Origin: Candidatus Bathyarchaeota archaeon
GTDB taxonomy: Archaea; Thermoproteota; Bathyarchaeia; Bathyarchaeales; Bathycorpusculaceae
Assembly: GCA_963782525.1 (NCBI GenBank)
Contig: CAWAKC010000003.1
Span: 352,001-416,000 of the forward strand
Direction of reading: 5' to 3'
Length of the DNA: 64,000 nt
Shown here: positions 52,713 to 64,000 of the stretch, one piece after another
Layout: every line of letters begins with the position of its first letter
Numbering within the stretch: position 1 is the first letter of the stretch
Made by a program: the position numbers and the translations under genes
The notes under the pieces: generated by a model
Seen by the model: the letters and a program-made list of their open reading frames with translations, nothing else
Told to the model about the DNA's origin: nothing
Databases searched by the model: none

Positions 52713-55700
52713 TGCTATTGTTAGACAAAAGATCTAATTGGGCAGCCATAAAATGTCTGTATGAATACGAATCATCTAAACTCTCAAAACCAGGATCCTA
52801 CAGACGGGACATAAACGAAGTTCTCTGGACCAAAGGTGATATATTCTCAACTTTGCCAGAAATTACCGAGAAAGAACTTGATAAGATAATTTCTGAGATG
52901 ATAGAAAAGAAAGAATTAATGAAGATACAAATTCCTGGTAATGAAGACAAATATGTTTCTCGAGTAGCAGAAACGGTTCGACTATTAGGTCACAATTATG
53001 AGTATTGGGCGCGAGGTAGACAAGGAATCGATTCTATTCGGTGGCTGATCGAAGAGAAAAAAATTCCCGACAGGAAAATCCCTGCCCAAGAATTCATCAA
53101 TCAACTTACCTCAGCAGTATTTTCAGAAATTCAACTAAATAATTCAACCATTAATTTGCGTAACGCCATAAAAATAGTGGTTCAGGGCATCGCAGAATAC
53201 TTTGTTTCTTCCGATTGGACTAAAGCTAAATTTTCTGACTTCCAATTGCAAGCTGCTACAGAAATGATCTTAGCACAATTCAGCCAAAAATTCAAGCCAA
53301 AATCTCAAGTACTAATTGCAGGAGTCGGCTCAGGCAAAACCGTAGCATTTAGCATTGCTATGTTGGTTTCTGCAGTTGAAGGGATTCTGACAGGAGAAAA
53401 GGCAAGAAGAAGCCATTTGTTCCTTTATCCTCGAACAGCATTAGCGAAAGATCAATACAAAACACTCAGTAAAATTGTAGAAAAAATAGGTCTTCAAGAG
53501 CTGTCAGTCCATTTTGAACATCACAGTTACTATGATTCGATAAATAAGTCAGCAAAGGATGGAATAGCTTACGTTTATGATAAACCTGGTTGCTCTCCGT
53601 CAATCATTATAACTACATTTGAAACGCTGAACAGGAGATTACGGAACCCCCTTGTAATACGAAAATTAAGCGAATATCTTCACCGAGTGATAGTTGATGA
53701 AATACACTTAGTGGAAGGCATTCCAGGTTGCCAAATCATAAAGATGATGGACCGATTGCAAAATTGTTGCAATCAACAAATTCTTTGGACCGGATCATCA
53801 GCTACAGTGGCTAGCCCAGATGTACAAGCAGCCACCATTTTTAACATCCCCCGAGATAACTTGAAAATAATAGAGCCAACATTAGATCAGCTCAAAACAG
53901 TTGGGCTGGTTCACCACGTGTTCATGAGACCAACTGGAACATTGTCAAGTTTAGGTACACTAGTAAACTCAACAAGCATACTGGTTCACAATCGCCGAGA
54001 TAGTCTTCACGAGAGACAGGAGAATTATCCTAAAACGATAGGATTTGCTGATAATTTAGATATTTTAGGTAGATGGAATTCCGATCTAAGGGAAAACGAA
54101 AGAACTGAACAAGATAGAAACAGAAAGCACCCTGAAAATTCTGATCCTGAAAATTGGTCTTACGATCGACAAAGAGACGTTCCTTACGCACTTCGGTTTT
54201 ATAATCCCCTTCAAAGACGAATTTTTGCAGGAAAAAAATCGAGTGACTTCGAGGAAGTATCAAGTTTATTGACAGAAGAAAATAAGGAAATTTGTGAAAA
54301 ATGCAAAAATGGACAAAGAATAAACTTAGGTACTGTAACTCAAGAAGACCTCAAGAAACTTGCCAAGGTAATTTACCGAGAACCATTGAAAGCAAAAGAC
54401 AAAGCAAAACTATTACTAGATAACAAGAAGATTTTTGAAGCTGAGTCTTTGGAGATTGGAACCCTCGACCTTTGCCCCTACCTTCGAGCTGGTGCATGCT
54501 TCTGGTTCGCTAAAGATGATCTTCTAACTCAAAAAATCTCTCAAGATGGTCCGCTCGTATATGAATGGAGGTCAGTCGCTCGATCAAGGATTCAATCATC
54601 AAAAACAAACAAGGATACCCAGTTTGAAGAGGATCTGAGTGAAATTGTATTTACTTCAACATTAACGGAAGTCTACGATCTATATAGCGATAAAAACAAG
54701 AAAAATACTGACAAAAAGATTCCAATCGACATAGTGCTCGCATCTCCAAGTTTGGAGGTTGGAGTGGACCTTCAAAATGTAACTGAGAGCATTATGTACA
54801 AAGCCATAAGAAATGTAGCTTCATACAGGCAAAAAGTAGGACGAATCGGTCGAGAAGAAGGCTCAAATGCCTTGAATGCAACGCTAATATCATTCAGACC
54901 CATAGATCTTCATTATTACCGTCAACCTAGAAAAATAATCAGTCAAGCTCATCTAGATCCGATTCCTCTAAAGGAGCACAATAGTTCGATACTAAGTTGT
55001 GCTTTGTATCTAGGAACTTGGGATTATCTCGCCCTAAAAACAGACCTCCCTGAAGTAGTTCCAAAACAAATTTCAAATGGAACTACAATTTTTACAGAGA
55101 GAATTAAAGCTTCTTATGAATATCTGACTGCGCAGAAACAAGAAATAGCTGTACATTTATCTCGTGTGTCTAGGCATAAAATAACTCCAAGCGACAAGAT
55201 CATAACTGAGATCATAGGACAAGTCAAAGATGAACTAGGCATTTTCTTAACAAAAACCTCTGGAACTATTGAAGACAATAGATTATCTTGCATTTCAGAT
55301 ATGATTGTACATTTCTTAAACCCTTACTCATCAAGAGTGAACCCACCAAAACCTTCAGATATGAAATGGGTAAAGATTGGCGCTCAGAGCTACGAAGATT
55401 TAAGACCTCACGTTAATTCAATACCAATAGGGCTTTCAGAAGAATTCGAAAGATTAGACCTTTTTGCTTCTTGTGGCTGGGTCCTTCTCGAAGAAATAAA
55501 AAACATTAGAGAAAAGATAGAAAACAAGATCAAAGAACTCGATTTAAATGGACAATTTAGAGACGAGAGCCGAATTCTTTCAAAGGTCAGTTTAGCTTTG
55601 AAAGATATAGAAGCCGGTCTTGAAGATATGAGAAAAACTGGCGCTGACCCAATTGTCGTTTATTTCTATGAGCAATTTGATAAATTTAAGAAAGATCATC

Positions 55701-58537
55701 CCGCCTCGCCGTATTATCTTTCATATACACTTCAAGATATGCCTATTTTTAAATTGAATAAGAAAAACCCAGCTTATACTACCCCTCAGACTTTATTTAT
55801 CAACCCTTATGAACCTGAAGTAGCACTTTTCAGACAAAAAGAGTTACTCGAAACGGTTTCAGTCCATGAAGCTCTCTTCAGTCTTGTCCCTGAAACTTGG
55901 ACATTTAGACGTGGAAGAAAACCAAATAAAACTCTTGTAGGAAGGCTAGATTCGCATGACGGCGTACTTTATGCTAAAATGAAAGAAATTAAAGCACAAG
56001 GCAATGAATTCAAAAAGATTAGAGAAAATGTTCCGGCTCCACCAGGATTTCCAGCTGATAACCTTGTACTCTATATGCCTAAAAAACTCACACTTTCACA
56101 ACCATCTGGAAAACATGTTTTCATGAACCTTAGTAAGCAAACCGTCATCGACAGCGATGAAGATGTCTCATACGGAAAAGGTGATGCCCAGTTTGAGGAC
56201 ACCAACAATGAAGAGAACTACAGCGAAGAATCGGTTATAGGTCAGAATAGATCAAAAATACCTGTTAGCTCCCTCGAGCGTTGGGTGCATGTTGTATCAG
56301 ATACAGGGATCCCAATAAACATTAACAACACAAACGAGCAATGCATGGTAATTGAGACATTAGAACCAAAAAGAGGAATAGCTGCAATTGAGTCGATTCG
56401 ACACCCCATCCTAGAAGGAATTCTTAATTGCGTTAAATGGCATGAAAAACTGGACGTTTTTGACTACGTTTGTTCAGTTTCAAGATCCTACAATAACAAA
56501 GTTGCAGGAAACGTCACACTACTATATTTAGACGATGACGGGCGAAACGTAGCCTTTGGTCGATGTTTTCGGACAGAAGGCGTTTCTATCGAGCTAAACT
56601 CAAAATCAGTGGAACAAATCACCCAAAAAGTTAAAAATGAAATACTAAATTTCGACAACAAATGGGCACCGACAATTATAAAAATTTTTCAAGGAATGTT
56701 GAGCTCCATTAAACTTCAAAATGGTCAAGCTATCAGTCCATTCATGATAAAAGACCTAATAGCCGTAATGATATCATCCTCAACCTCTATTGATACGCGG
56801 ACAATTATTAAATTTCCCCAAACTCTCAGAACTCTTATTGATGAAGAACGTTTCAAGGAAGCGGCTCAAGCATATTATCAAAATGCATATTTAATTGGTT
56901 CTGATGATAAAGAAAAAACAAAAAAAGCCCTATCAGAGCGAGACCAACGAGATATTAGTGGGCTGGTCACTAAACTCTTTGATTTCGCAGTTTCTATAGT
57001 GGATTTGATACCCAACATAGAAGAACCTCTAGTGAACTTGATAACTGCCACGCTACTAAACACCTTCGGCATATCCTGCTTATCGGCGCTTCAACAACTT
57101 TGTGGAAGCGAAGAACAAGATATAGGCTACTCAATAGATATGGAAGGCATCCAAAAAGGGCAATACCGTGTTTTTCTCTACGACCGAACAGAACACGGAA
57201 ACGGAAGCAGCGAAACAATACGCAAGTATCTTCACATTCTTAATATCCAAAGACATAATCTTAACAATGAATCAAAACTCTTGCCAACAGAAGATTTCTT
57301 TACACTATTAGAACAGGAATTGCTGCAATGCCCTCAATTTCATGCTGACATAGATGCTTTGGAAAAATTTGAACAAGTACAAAACCATAAAATAGCAACA
57401 GGTATTCCCGAATTAGCCTACATTAGTGAACACTCAGATGAAATTTTACAAGTATGCAAAGAAACATGGAAAAAACTTGGAATAAGAGGAAGAGAAGATG
57501 CATGGATGCTACCTCTGGTGGCGATGGCGCCTGCAAGTTTTGCGGTTGCAAAAGGAATAGAAATTGATGATATTGTTCGGGCAACATCAATTTGTTGGGG
57601 TGGTTGCCCAGAATGCGTAATAAATACTAGTGCAATCATCGGGTTTTTGGGCACGGCATTTGTTGATAAAACTCTTCTCGATGAATGGTTTAAACTAGTT
57701 GAACAAATATTGAAGAGTATAAAACCCTATCAGCAAAAGATATTGCCAACGGAACAAAACGCATTGACATTGGACGACAAACAAGAGTCTGCATAGAATT
57801 ACCCACAAGAAAAATACGGTCAAGCTCACTTCCATTCACAATAGGCTTCGAAGTAGACAGAGAAATAAAATCCGATCACGCTAACATTTTAGTCCGAGAT
57901 AGTGACATAGCGGGTTTGGCTGTTTTTGAAAAGAAATTTGATGGCTGCTCTCACGGCCTTGAGTTATTAGGATCCATAAGAATAATGTGGTATAACCTAA
58001 TCATGTCAGCTTATCTTGACATGCTCAATGTGCTAAAAAATGAACAAAAAGAAATCTTGCTGGTTTTTTACGATATTCGTGACGTTTCATTCGATGATGT
58101 CGGAATGTCGCCCATGATGCTTAGACGCTATAGATTATTATCATAAGAAATCAGGTTTGCCTGGTTTACTTCGAACACTATCAGACATCTTAACATGGTC
58201 TGCCCAACCAGGTTTTGCCATATCTCTGTGCGTAGATGAAAATCAAGCCAAAGACGAAAACATTGAAGCTTTTCTAGAAAAACTTGCTGCAAAGAAGCTA
58301 TCTAACATAAAGTTAGGACTTAAAGGCTTGCAAGGCACGATGCATAAAAAAGCTCTAGTTTGCCCTACAGGTGCAATTTACGGATCAGCAAACTTGACAT
58401 TTTCCGGAACACAGCATAGCGAAGAAATGCTAAGTTACGCATCCTCAGGAACAGACGAATACAATCAAATTAAACTTAATGTAAAAGACACGTTTCACGG
58501 GATCAAAGAATTTACCACAAAGAAAAAATCCCCATAG
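52709..58537 (+). CDS. DpdJ-like DEAD/DEAH helicase (DUF1998-like Cys motif) apparently continuous with a PLD nuclease domain; frameshifts near 57700 and 58122
   Basis: YVSRVAETVRLL, AGVGSGKT, LYPRTALAKDQ, DEIH, SAT, SLEVGVD, QKVGRIGR, CWGGCPEC; PLD MHKK..GSANLTFSG..SEE. Confidence 0.8.
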
Positions 58538-58759
58538 TTTTCATCTTGTCAAATTACTGATTGAAAGTATCGGAAAAAAGGAAACGGAGTTTACCCGCGG
58601 CAAGAAGTGATGCTGACAATTTACCGCGCACATGAGAGCCTCCGTTACAGTCAAACAACCAAAGATAATGTTTAGAGGTCCGAAGAATAGCAAATCATAC
58701 TAACAAACGCACATACAGTCCAAACACCCTGCACATAAAAAACAAATGAAAAAACCCAA

Positions 58760-59168
58760 TTAACTTTTAAAACCCGAATCTCGCAGGGCTTTCTGGAATT
58801 TGCTTACTACTGTTTCAATATCGGTTAATTCATGTTCCCAGAAACGCAAAACTGTCCAACCTTGAGCTTTGAGTTTTTCCGTCTTCTGTTTGTTCCTTTC
58901 CTTGTTTTTGCAAGTTTGGGGTTCCAGTAAGCTTCATTTGTGTTTATTTTGTGTGAATGTATTGGGCAGCCGTGCCAAAAGCAACCATCAACAAATACTC
59001 CTATTTTTTTGATCAGGAAAAGCAATGTCGATTTTACTCATACCATAGTTTGTTTCAAAATTTAGCCCTTTCGCCAGTAGCGCATCCCTAACAATAAGTT
59101 CAGGTTTGGTGTCTTTTGAGTGGATTGCAGCCATTACTTTGATGTTTTCTGCTTGAAAGATTATCCAT
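58760..59168 (-). CDS. vsr: Second Vsr endonuclease, several frameshifts
   Basis: VMAAIHSKDTKPE, FVDGCFWHGCP, RFWEHE in different frames. Confidence 0.88.
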
Positions 59169-59286
59169 ACAAATCTCGTAATAATAACATTATTCAGGGT
59201 ATTAGTTCTATCTCATAAGAAGTTGAATTTACGTCCAATCATTAGTTAGCAAATTATATCTACTACATAGACCCTTTAATTAGGGC

Positions 59287-60498
59287 ATGCAAGCTGCCAG
59301 CCAACCCCCTGTATATATTGATCTCTTTGCTGGTTGCGGAGGAATCTCGCTTGGCTTATGCAATGCAGGCTGGCGAGGACTTTTTGCAATAGAAAAAAGC
59401 CCTTTAGCTTTCACCACATTAAAGCACAACTTGATTGACAAAGAAAATCATTTCGATTCGGCCTTTCATGGCTTCCCGTGACACATCATGATATTACCAA
59501 GTTTTTAAGTACATATGAGAATGAGCTTGAGAATTTACGGGGTTCAGTAGACCTTGTGGTAGGTGGTCCACCGTGCCAAGGTTTTTCTTTCGCAGGAAGG
59601 AGAAATGAAAAAGATAAAAGAAACAAACTTGCAGCCTCATACGTGAAATTTGTTAAAATAGTAAAACCAAAAATAGTATTTTTTGAAAATGTTAAAGGTT
59701 TTACCGTTGGCTTCAAAAGAAGTAATGGGCGAGGGAAGGCATATTCTACCTATGTTGAAGAAAAGCTCCAAGAGTTAGGTTATCATGTCTCAGGCGATAT
59801 TGTTGATTTTTCCAAGTTCGGCATTCCCCAGAGAAGAAAGAGGTTTATACTCGTAGGAATGCTCGATAAAGAATCAAAGGTGTATTTTAGAAAAATTCAA
59901 GAAATTAAAAATGTTTTTCTTAAAAACAAAGGATTAAATGAGGAAGTAACACTTTATGAAGCGCTTTCTGACCTGAGAGCGCAAACATGGGGAAAGACCT
60001 TCAATTGAGAGTTCAAGATTCTGCGAAGGGAATTATGGCAACGCTGATTTTCCTTACCAGAGGTGGATGCGATACCGGATCAAGAAAAGAATTCCTGATA
60101 GTCACAGGTTTGCTAGGCACAACAAGAAAATTGTTGAAAGGTGGGTGGATGTTCTTAAGAATTGCCCCAAAGATGTCCCACTATCGCAAGAGTGGAAAGA
60201 TAAATTTAATCTAAAAAAGAAAAGTATCACTCCGCTTGAATGCAAATCAAATTGCCCTACTCTGACAACTCTACCTGATGACTACATTCACTATTCTGAG
60301 CCAAGAATCTTGACAGTCAGAGAATTTGCGAGAATTCAATCTTTTCCTGATTGGTATGAATTTAAGGGTAAATATACTACAGGTGGTAGTCGGAGGAAAA
60401 GTGGGGTCCCAGATACACCCAGTTTCGCGATGCAGTTCCTTTGTTCGCTGAGTTGTCAGGAGAATTCAGGGCGATCGTCTAATGGACGAGCAACTTAA
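59287..60498 (+). CDS. dcm: C5 cytosine DNA methyltransferase, frameshifted
   Basis: DLFAGCGG, GGPPCQGFS, ENVKG, PQRRKR, PTLTTLPDDYIHYSEPRILTVREFARIQSFPDW. Confidence 0.92.
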
Positions 60499-62782
60499 TT
60501 CAGAGTAAGGTCTGCCCTGAAAAACATGATCGGGAAAGAATTAATTACTGATGATTTATTGCCATGTTTGAATTAGTTAAGACGCTTATGACGCCAACTC
60601 AAAGAAAGTGGAAATAGTTTTTAAGGATATCAAAGACGAGCGAAGGAGAAGTAATGCTCGAATTTAAATTTAGGACGAAGGGATGGCATGTCCCTGAACG
60701 ACCTTAAAAACAAATGGTTACTTGTTCGGCTATCGGAAAAAAGAAGATTGAAGAGCTCCTAAAAGAAAAAGTTTACAGGCAAAAATTAGGTGAAAAGAGA
60801 ATTTTTGCAGGAGCGAAAGGTATAGGTCGCTTTTCATGTGACAGATTCGGAAAAAGTAGATTGTCTATTATGACAAACTACCAAGTCAGAGATTAACGTT
60901 TTAATAATCGATTGGACAAAATTAGAACAGAGTTCGATTGCTGAGTTTCAGGACATAGACGTTTCTCACTTCAAACAAAGTACAATTGATAGACGAATAG
61001 CTCCTAAGGGATTAAGCAAAGGAACGATAGTTGAAATTTCGGTCTAAACAGTGTTTGGGATTACAAGAAACTTGTAGGATTAAAACAACATTTACAGCGC
61101 CTAATCAATCCGTCACAAATGGGCGTACAATCAAGATTTCGTCATTTATATCGAAGCGAAGGAGTTCGTAAAGGAGGACGAAAAAAATGCTGAAAAACAT
61201 CCAGACCTCGAACCTGTTAACGGACCAGTTAAGAATTTTGTTTTTGAAAAATTAGGGATTCAAACGACTTGGATAGGCTGTGGTATTGATGACAATGGTG
61301 AAACGTTAACAACTGAACTTTTTGATAAAGATAAGTTCATATTTAGACTTAAAGAAAAAAACGAATATAGCCAGCTAAAGAACATAAACGTAAAACTTTT
61401 TTACTTGAACAAACCTGCAAAATCAACGTTCACAAGGATAATGGGTATCCGTCCAGTTCGTTATGGCTCAATTTTTCTTTACAAGAATGGATTCAGGATT
61501 AGTCCTTACGGCAATGAAAGGGACGATTGGTTGGGACTAAAAGAAGAAAGGGTCAGGGAACCCGTAGGTATCTATCCACAAGAGAGCTTATTGGACGAAT
61601 AGAACTCAACGGTTATCAACCGAGTTTCGTTGAAGTTTCCAGTAGGGATGGCGGCGTCGTTAAGAATCCCCAATTTGATGAGTTGACAAAAAGTTTTTTC
61701 ATGGAAAAAGTCTTGAGGCGTTTAGAACGATATGTGGTGGAAGGTCTTGAGTGGGATAACCCGAGCGCTATAAAAGGTCCAAAAGACCAGAGGCAATAAA
61801 AAGCGATAGCTTGATGATTATTGACCAGATAGTAGGTCAGGTAAAGGATGAAAACAAAGAATTAGAATTTAACAAAGATTTGCTGAAAATTTATGCTGAA
61901 AAGGAAATCGAAAAAGCACCAGAACTCATCAAAAGCATCCAATCCTTGAAGAAATTTGCAAAAACTGAAGAAGACAAAAATCTTATTGACCAACAAGTTA
62001 AGGTGGTAAGCGGGCTATTCAGAAATTTCCAGATTCAAAATCAAGAGCTCCAAGAAGCGTTAAAGCAAAGAGAGAAACAGGTGTTGTTTCTCCAGCGAGT
62101 TACGGATGAGGGCACAAAGGAAATTATAGGTTTACAGCATCACATCAACAATGCGACTAATATAATCAACACTCATCTGAAGAGAATGAGGGACCAAGCA
62201 GAAAACGAAAAGTCTGTTCCAAGCGATTTCATTCTTAATACTTTACAAAAGATAAGTATGCAAACGTTAACAATATCATCAGTCGCTTTATTCGTCACTC
62301 AGGCTAATTTTGATGTAATAGCTTCAAAAACTAAGCAAGATTTGATTATGTTCCTAAAGCAATACATTGAAAATGCCTACGTTATGTTCAACAAGAAAAG
62401 GTTGGATTATGAGGGCATAACTATCAATGTTCACGTTGAGAAATGGACTGAGTTCGTTTACAAATTTAATCCTTTAGATTTTATAATGGTTATCGACAAT
62501 TTGATTAGTAACTCGAGAAAGGCGAAAGCGCATGTTATTGATGTTTACATCATTAAGAAGAATGAAAACGAGTTAGAAATACGAGTCAAAGATGATGGAA
62601 TTGGAATACCATCACAAAACATAGACAAACTTTTCAGTTTTGGGTTTTCAACAACTGACGGAGGCACAGGAATCGGGCTATATCAGGTTAAAAAAATCAT
62701 TGACAAATATGGCGAAATGAAAATCAATAATTCTTTACTTAAAGGAGTGGAGTTCATAATCCAAGTGAGGCGGTCGCTTTGA
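60482..62782 (+). CDS. MORC-like (HATPase_c_3) ATPase fused to a histidine-kinase domain, multiple frameshifts
   Basis: IGKELITD, FELVK/AYDA, G.GMS, GAKGIGRFSCDR, LYKNGFRISPYG..DDWLGL; C-terminal QHHI, DNLISNSRKA, DDGIGI, FSTTDGGTGIGLY. Confidence 0.85.
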
Positions 62783-63708
62783 ATTACAACATTTTATGGT
62801 TTGATGACAAAGACGATTATATAGAGACTCATGAACCAACACTACGAAACTATTTAAAAGAACTCGGTTTTGATTTAGTAGTTGTTTCCAGAGCAGATGA
62901 CGGAAATCTTGAAGGCGTATTGAAATCCAGTCAACCCGACATAATTCTTATGGATTACTGTTTATCGAAAGGCGATGACGACGAGGATGAAACCAAACTA
63001 ACAGGTGACACAGTAATCAGTAGGATAAGAGACTGCAACCTCGACGTCGAAACCGTTCTTTATTCCAGAGACCCATTGTTTCCAACAAATGTTTCAGAAA
63101 AGCTTGAAGGCGTATGGTTCGCTACTCACACTGAGCTACCTGAAAAAGCAAAAAAAGTTATTTCATTAACTATCAAAAAACAGCAAGAAATTAGTAACAT
63201 TCGTGGGCTGTTTATTGCAGAAGCAATTGACATAGCAAGCGAAATGGAAGAATTAATAATAAAAATACTGAATCTTCAGGCACCTGCGAGAATAGATATT
63301 TTCCGGTCTTATATCATGTATTCCGAGTTTTTCAGTGATTTTGAAAAATACAATTTTATTCAGAATATTTTGAAAGAAAAACAGAAAATATTAAAGGAAA
63401 TTGCCAACGGAAAGTATAGCAAGGCAGAGAAGAAACAAGCTTCAGACCTTCTCCAAATTCTTGACCCATTAATAGCTAAGTACAATAAAATGGAGACCGA
63501 AGTTATCGTACAAAGAAATCAATTGGCACACTCAAAACCTGCACCAGATAACAGTGGACTTATTCACAAAGGCAAAATAATAAAACTCGACGCACCCAAA
63601 TGCAAGAAAATTAGGGATGATTTTCTAGCACACAGGGAAAATATCAAGAAGATTAGCGAAAATATTGAAAAAATATTAGATGTGAATTATCCAGAAACAG
63701 CAGACTAA
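62779..63708 (+). CDS. Receiver-domain protein with helical C-terminal effector domain
   Basis: ILWFDD, DIILMDYCL, VLYS; C-terminal QRNQLAH. Confidence 0.82.
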   Translation: MNYNILWFDDKDDYIETHEPTLRNYLKELGFDLVVVSRADDGNLEGVLKSSQPDIILMDYCLSKGDDDEDETKLTGDTVISRIRDCNLDVETVLYSRDPLFPTNVSEKLEGVWFATHTELPEKAKKVISLTIKKQQEISNIRGLFIAEAIDIASEMEELIIKILNLQAPARIDIFRSYIMYSEFFSDFEKYNFIQNILKEKQKILKEIANGKYSKAEKKQASDLLQILDPLIAKYNKMETEVIVQRNQLAHSKPAPDNSGLIHKGKIIKLDAPKCKKIRDDFLAHRENIKKISENIEKILDVNYPETAD

Positions 63709-63889
63709 GAATAGTCTCTCGGGAATTACGACAATCTTAAAACATTTACTTCTTTTTGAAAACGTTGCAATAGAAAGAGAGCAAATGAGCTGTTAAAACC
63801 TACTACAGACTGACCTAGATTCACATTCACACATAATTCTATTTAGAGTTGACCGCGAAAACATATACCACAATTTAATTGGATGTAAA

Positions 63890-64000
63890 ACTACAAATTT
63901 AGCTCGTGAAATGGGCTTGAATATTTCAAAGACCTATGAAAACGCTTTAAAATTAGCAATTAGTCGGCTGAGAGGAACAAATGGTGAAACAACGAATGCC
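63890..64000 (+). pseudogene. CcdA-like/RHH small protein fragment at window edge
   Basis: LAREMGLNISKTYENALKLAISRL; no clear start. Confidence 0.4.

Noticed and set aside
44580-58537. Calling a canonical Dpd, DISARM or BREX system
   Set aside because: Signature genes (dpdA/B, DrmMI/DrmE, pglZ/brxC) are not seen; only partial component overlap
1-64000. Integrase or transposase responsible for the scars and repeats
   Set aside because: No tyrosine/serine recombinase, DDE or HUH motifs recognised in any ORF of the window

Overview
Archaeal genomic DNA, most likely Bathyarchaeia. The assignment is inferred from three paralogous secreted PQQ-like beta-propeller proteins, DUF211/UPF0175/DUF3368/DUF2683 genes and an archaeal-type tRNA-Ile. 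The window has three zones. (1) 1-9.3 kb is ordinary core: PAS/HAMP histidine kinase, UPF0104 flippase-like protein, RimI-like acetyltransferase, malic enzyme. (2) 9.5-40.5 kb is an accessory region. Single genes or small gene groups (VIT1/DUF211, glgB/GT4, surface proteins, catalase, TA modules, a replication module of a mobile element) are separated by 11 non-coding clusters of about 30 inverted-repeat units. The units have triplet-periodic arms (AGAAGAAGAA..TTCTTCTTCT, AGAACAACAA..TTGTTGTTCT, AGTAGTAGTC..GACTACTACT), and their spacers and linkers recur in shuffled combinations. This zone also holds three tRNA 3'-end scars and an NHL-propeller/TM protein whose cytoplasmic domain resembles a bacterial gasdermin. 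(3) 40.5-64 kb is a defence island: vsr plus an NgoPII/HaeIII-type R-M pair, a deviant tRNA-Ile, then an SNF2 helicase, a sacsin-like GHKL/HNH protein and a DpdJ-like helicase apparently fused to a PLD nuclease, followed by vsr, dcm, a MORC-like ATPase/histidine kinase and a receiver protein. Many genes in zone 3 are frameshifted (read errors or decay). All family assignments come from motif recognition by eye; no searches were run.
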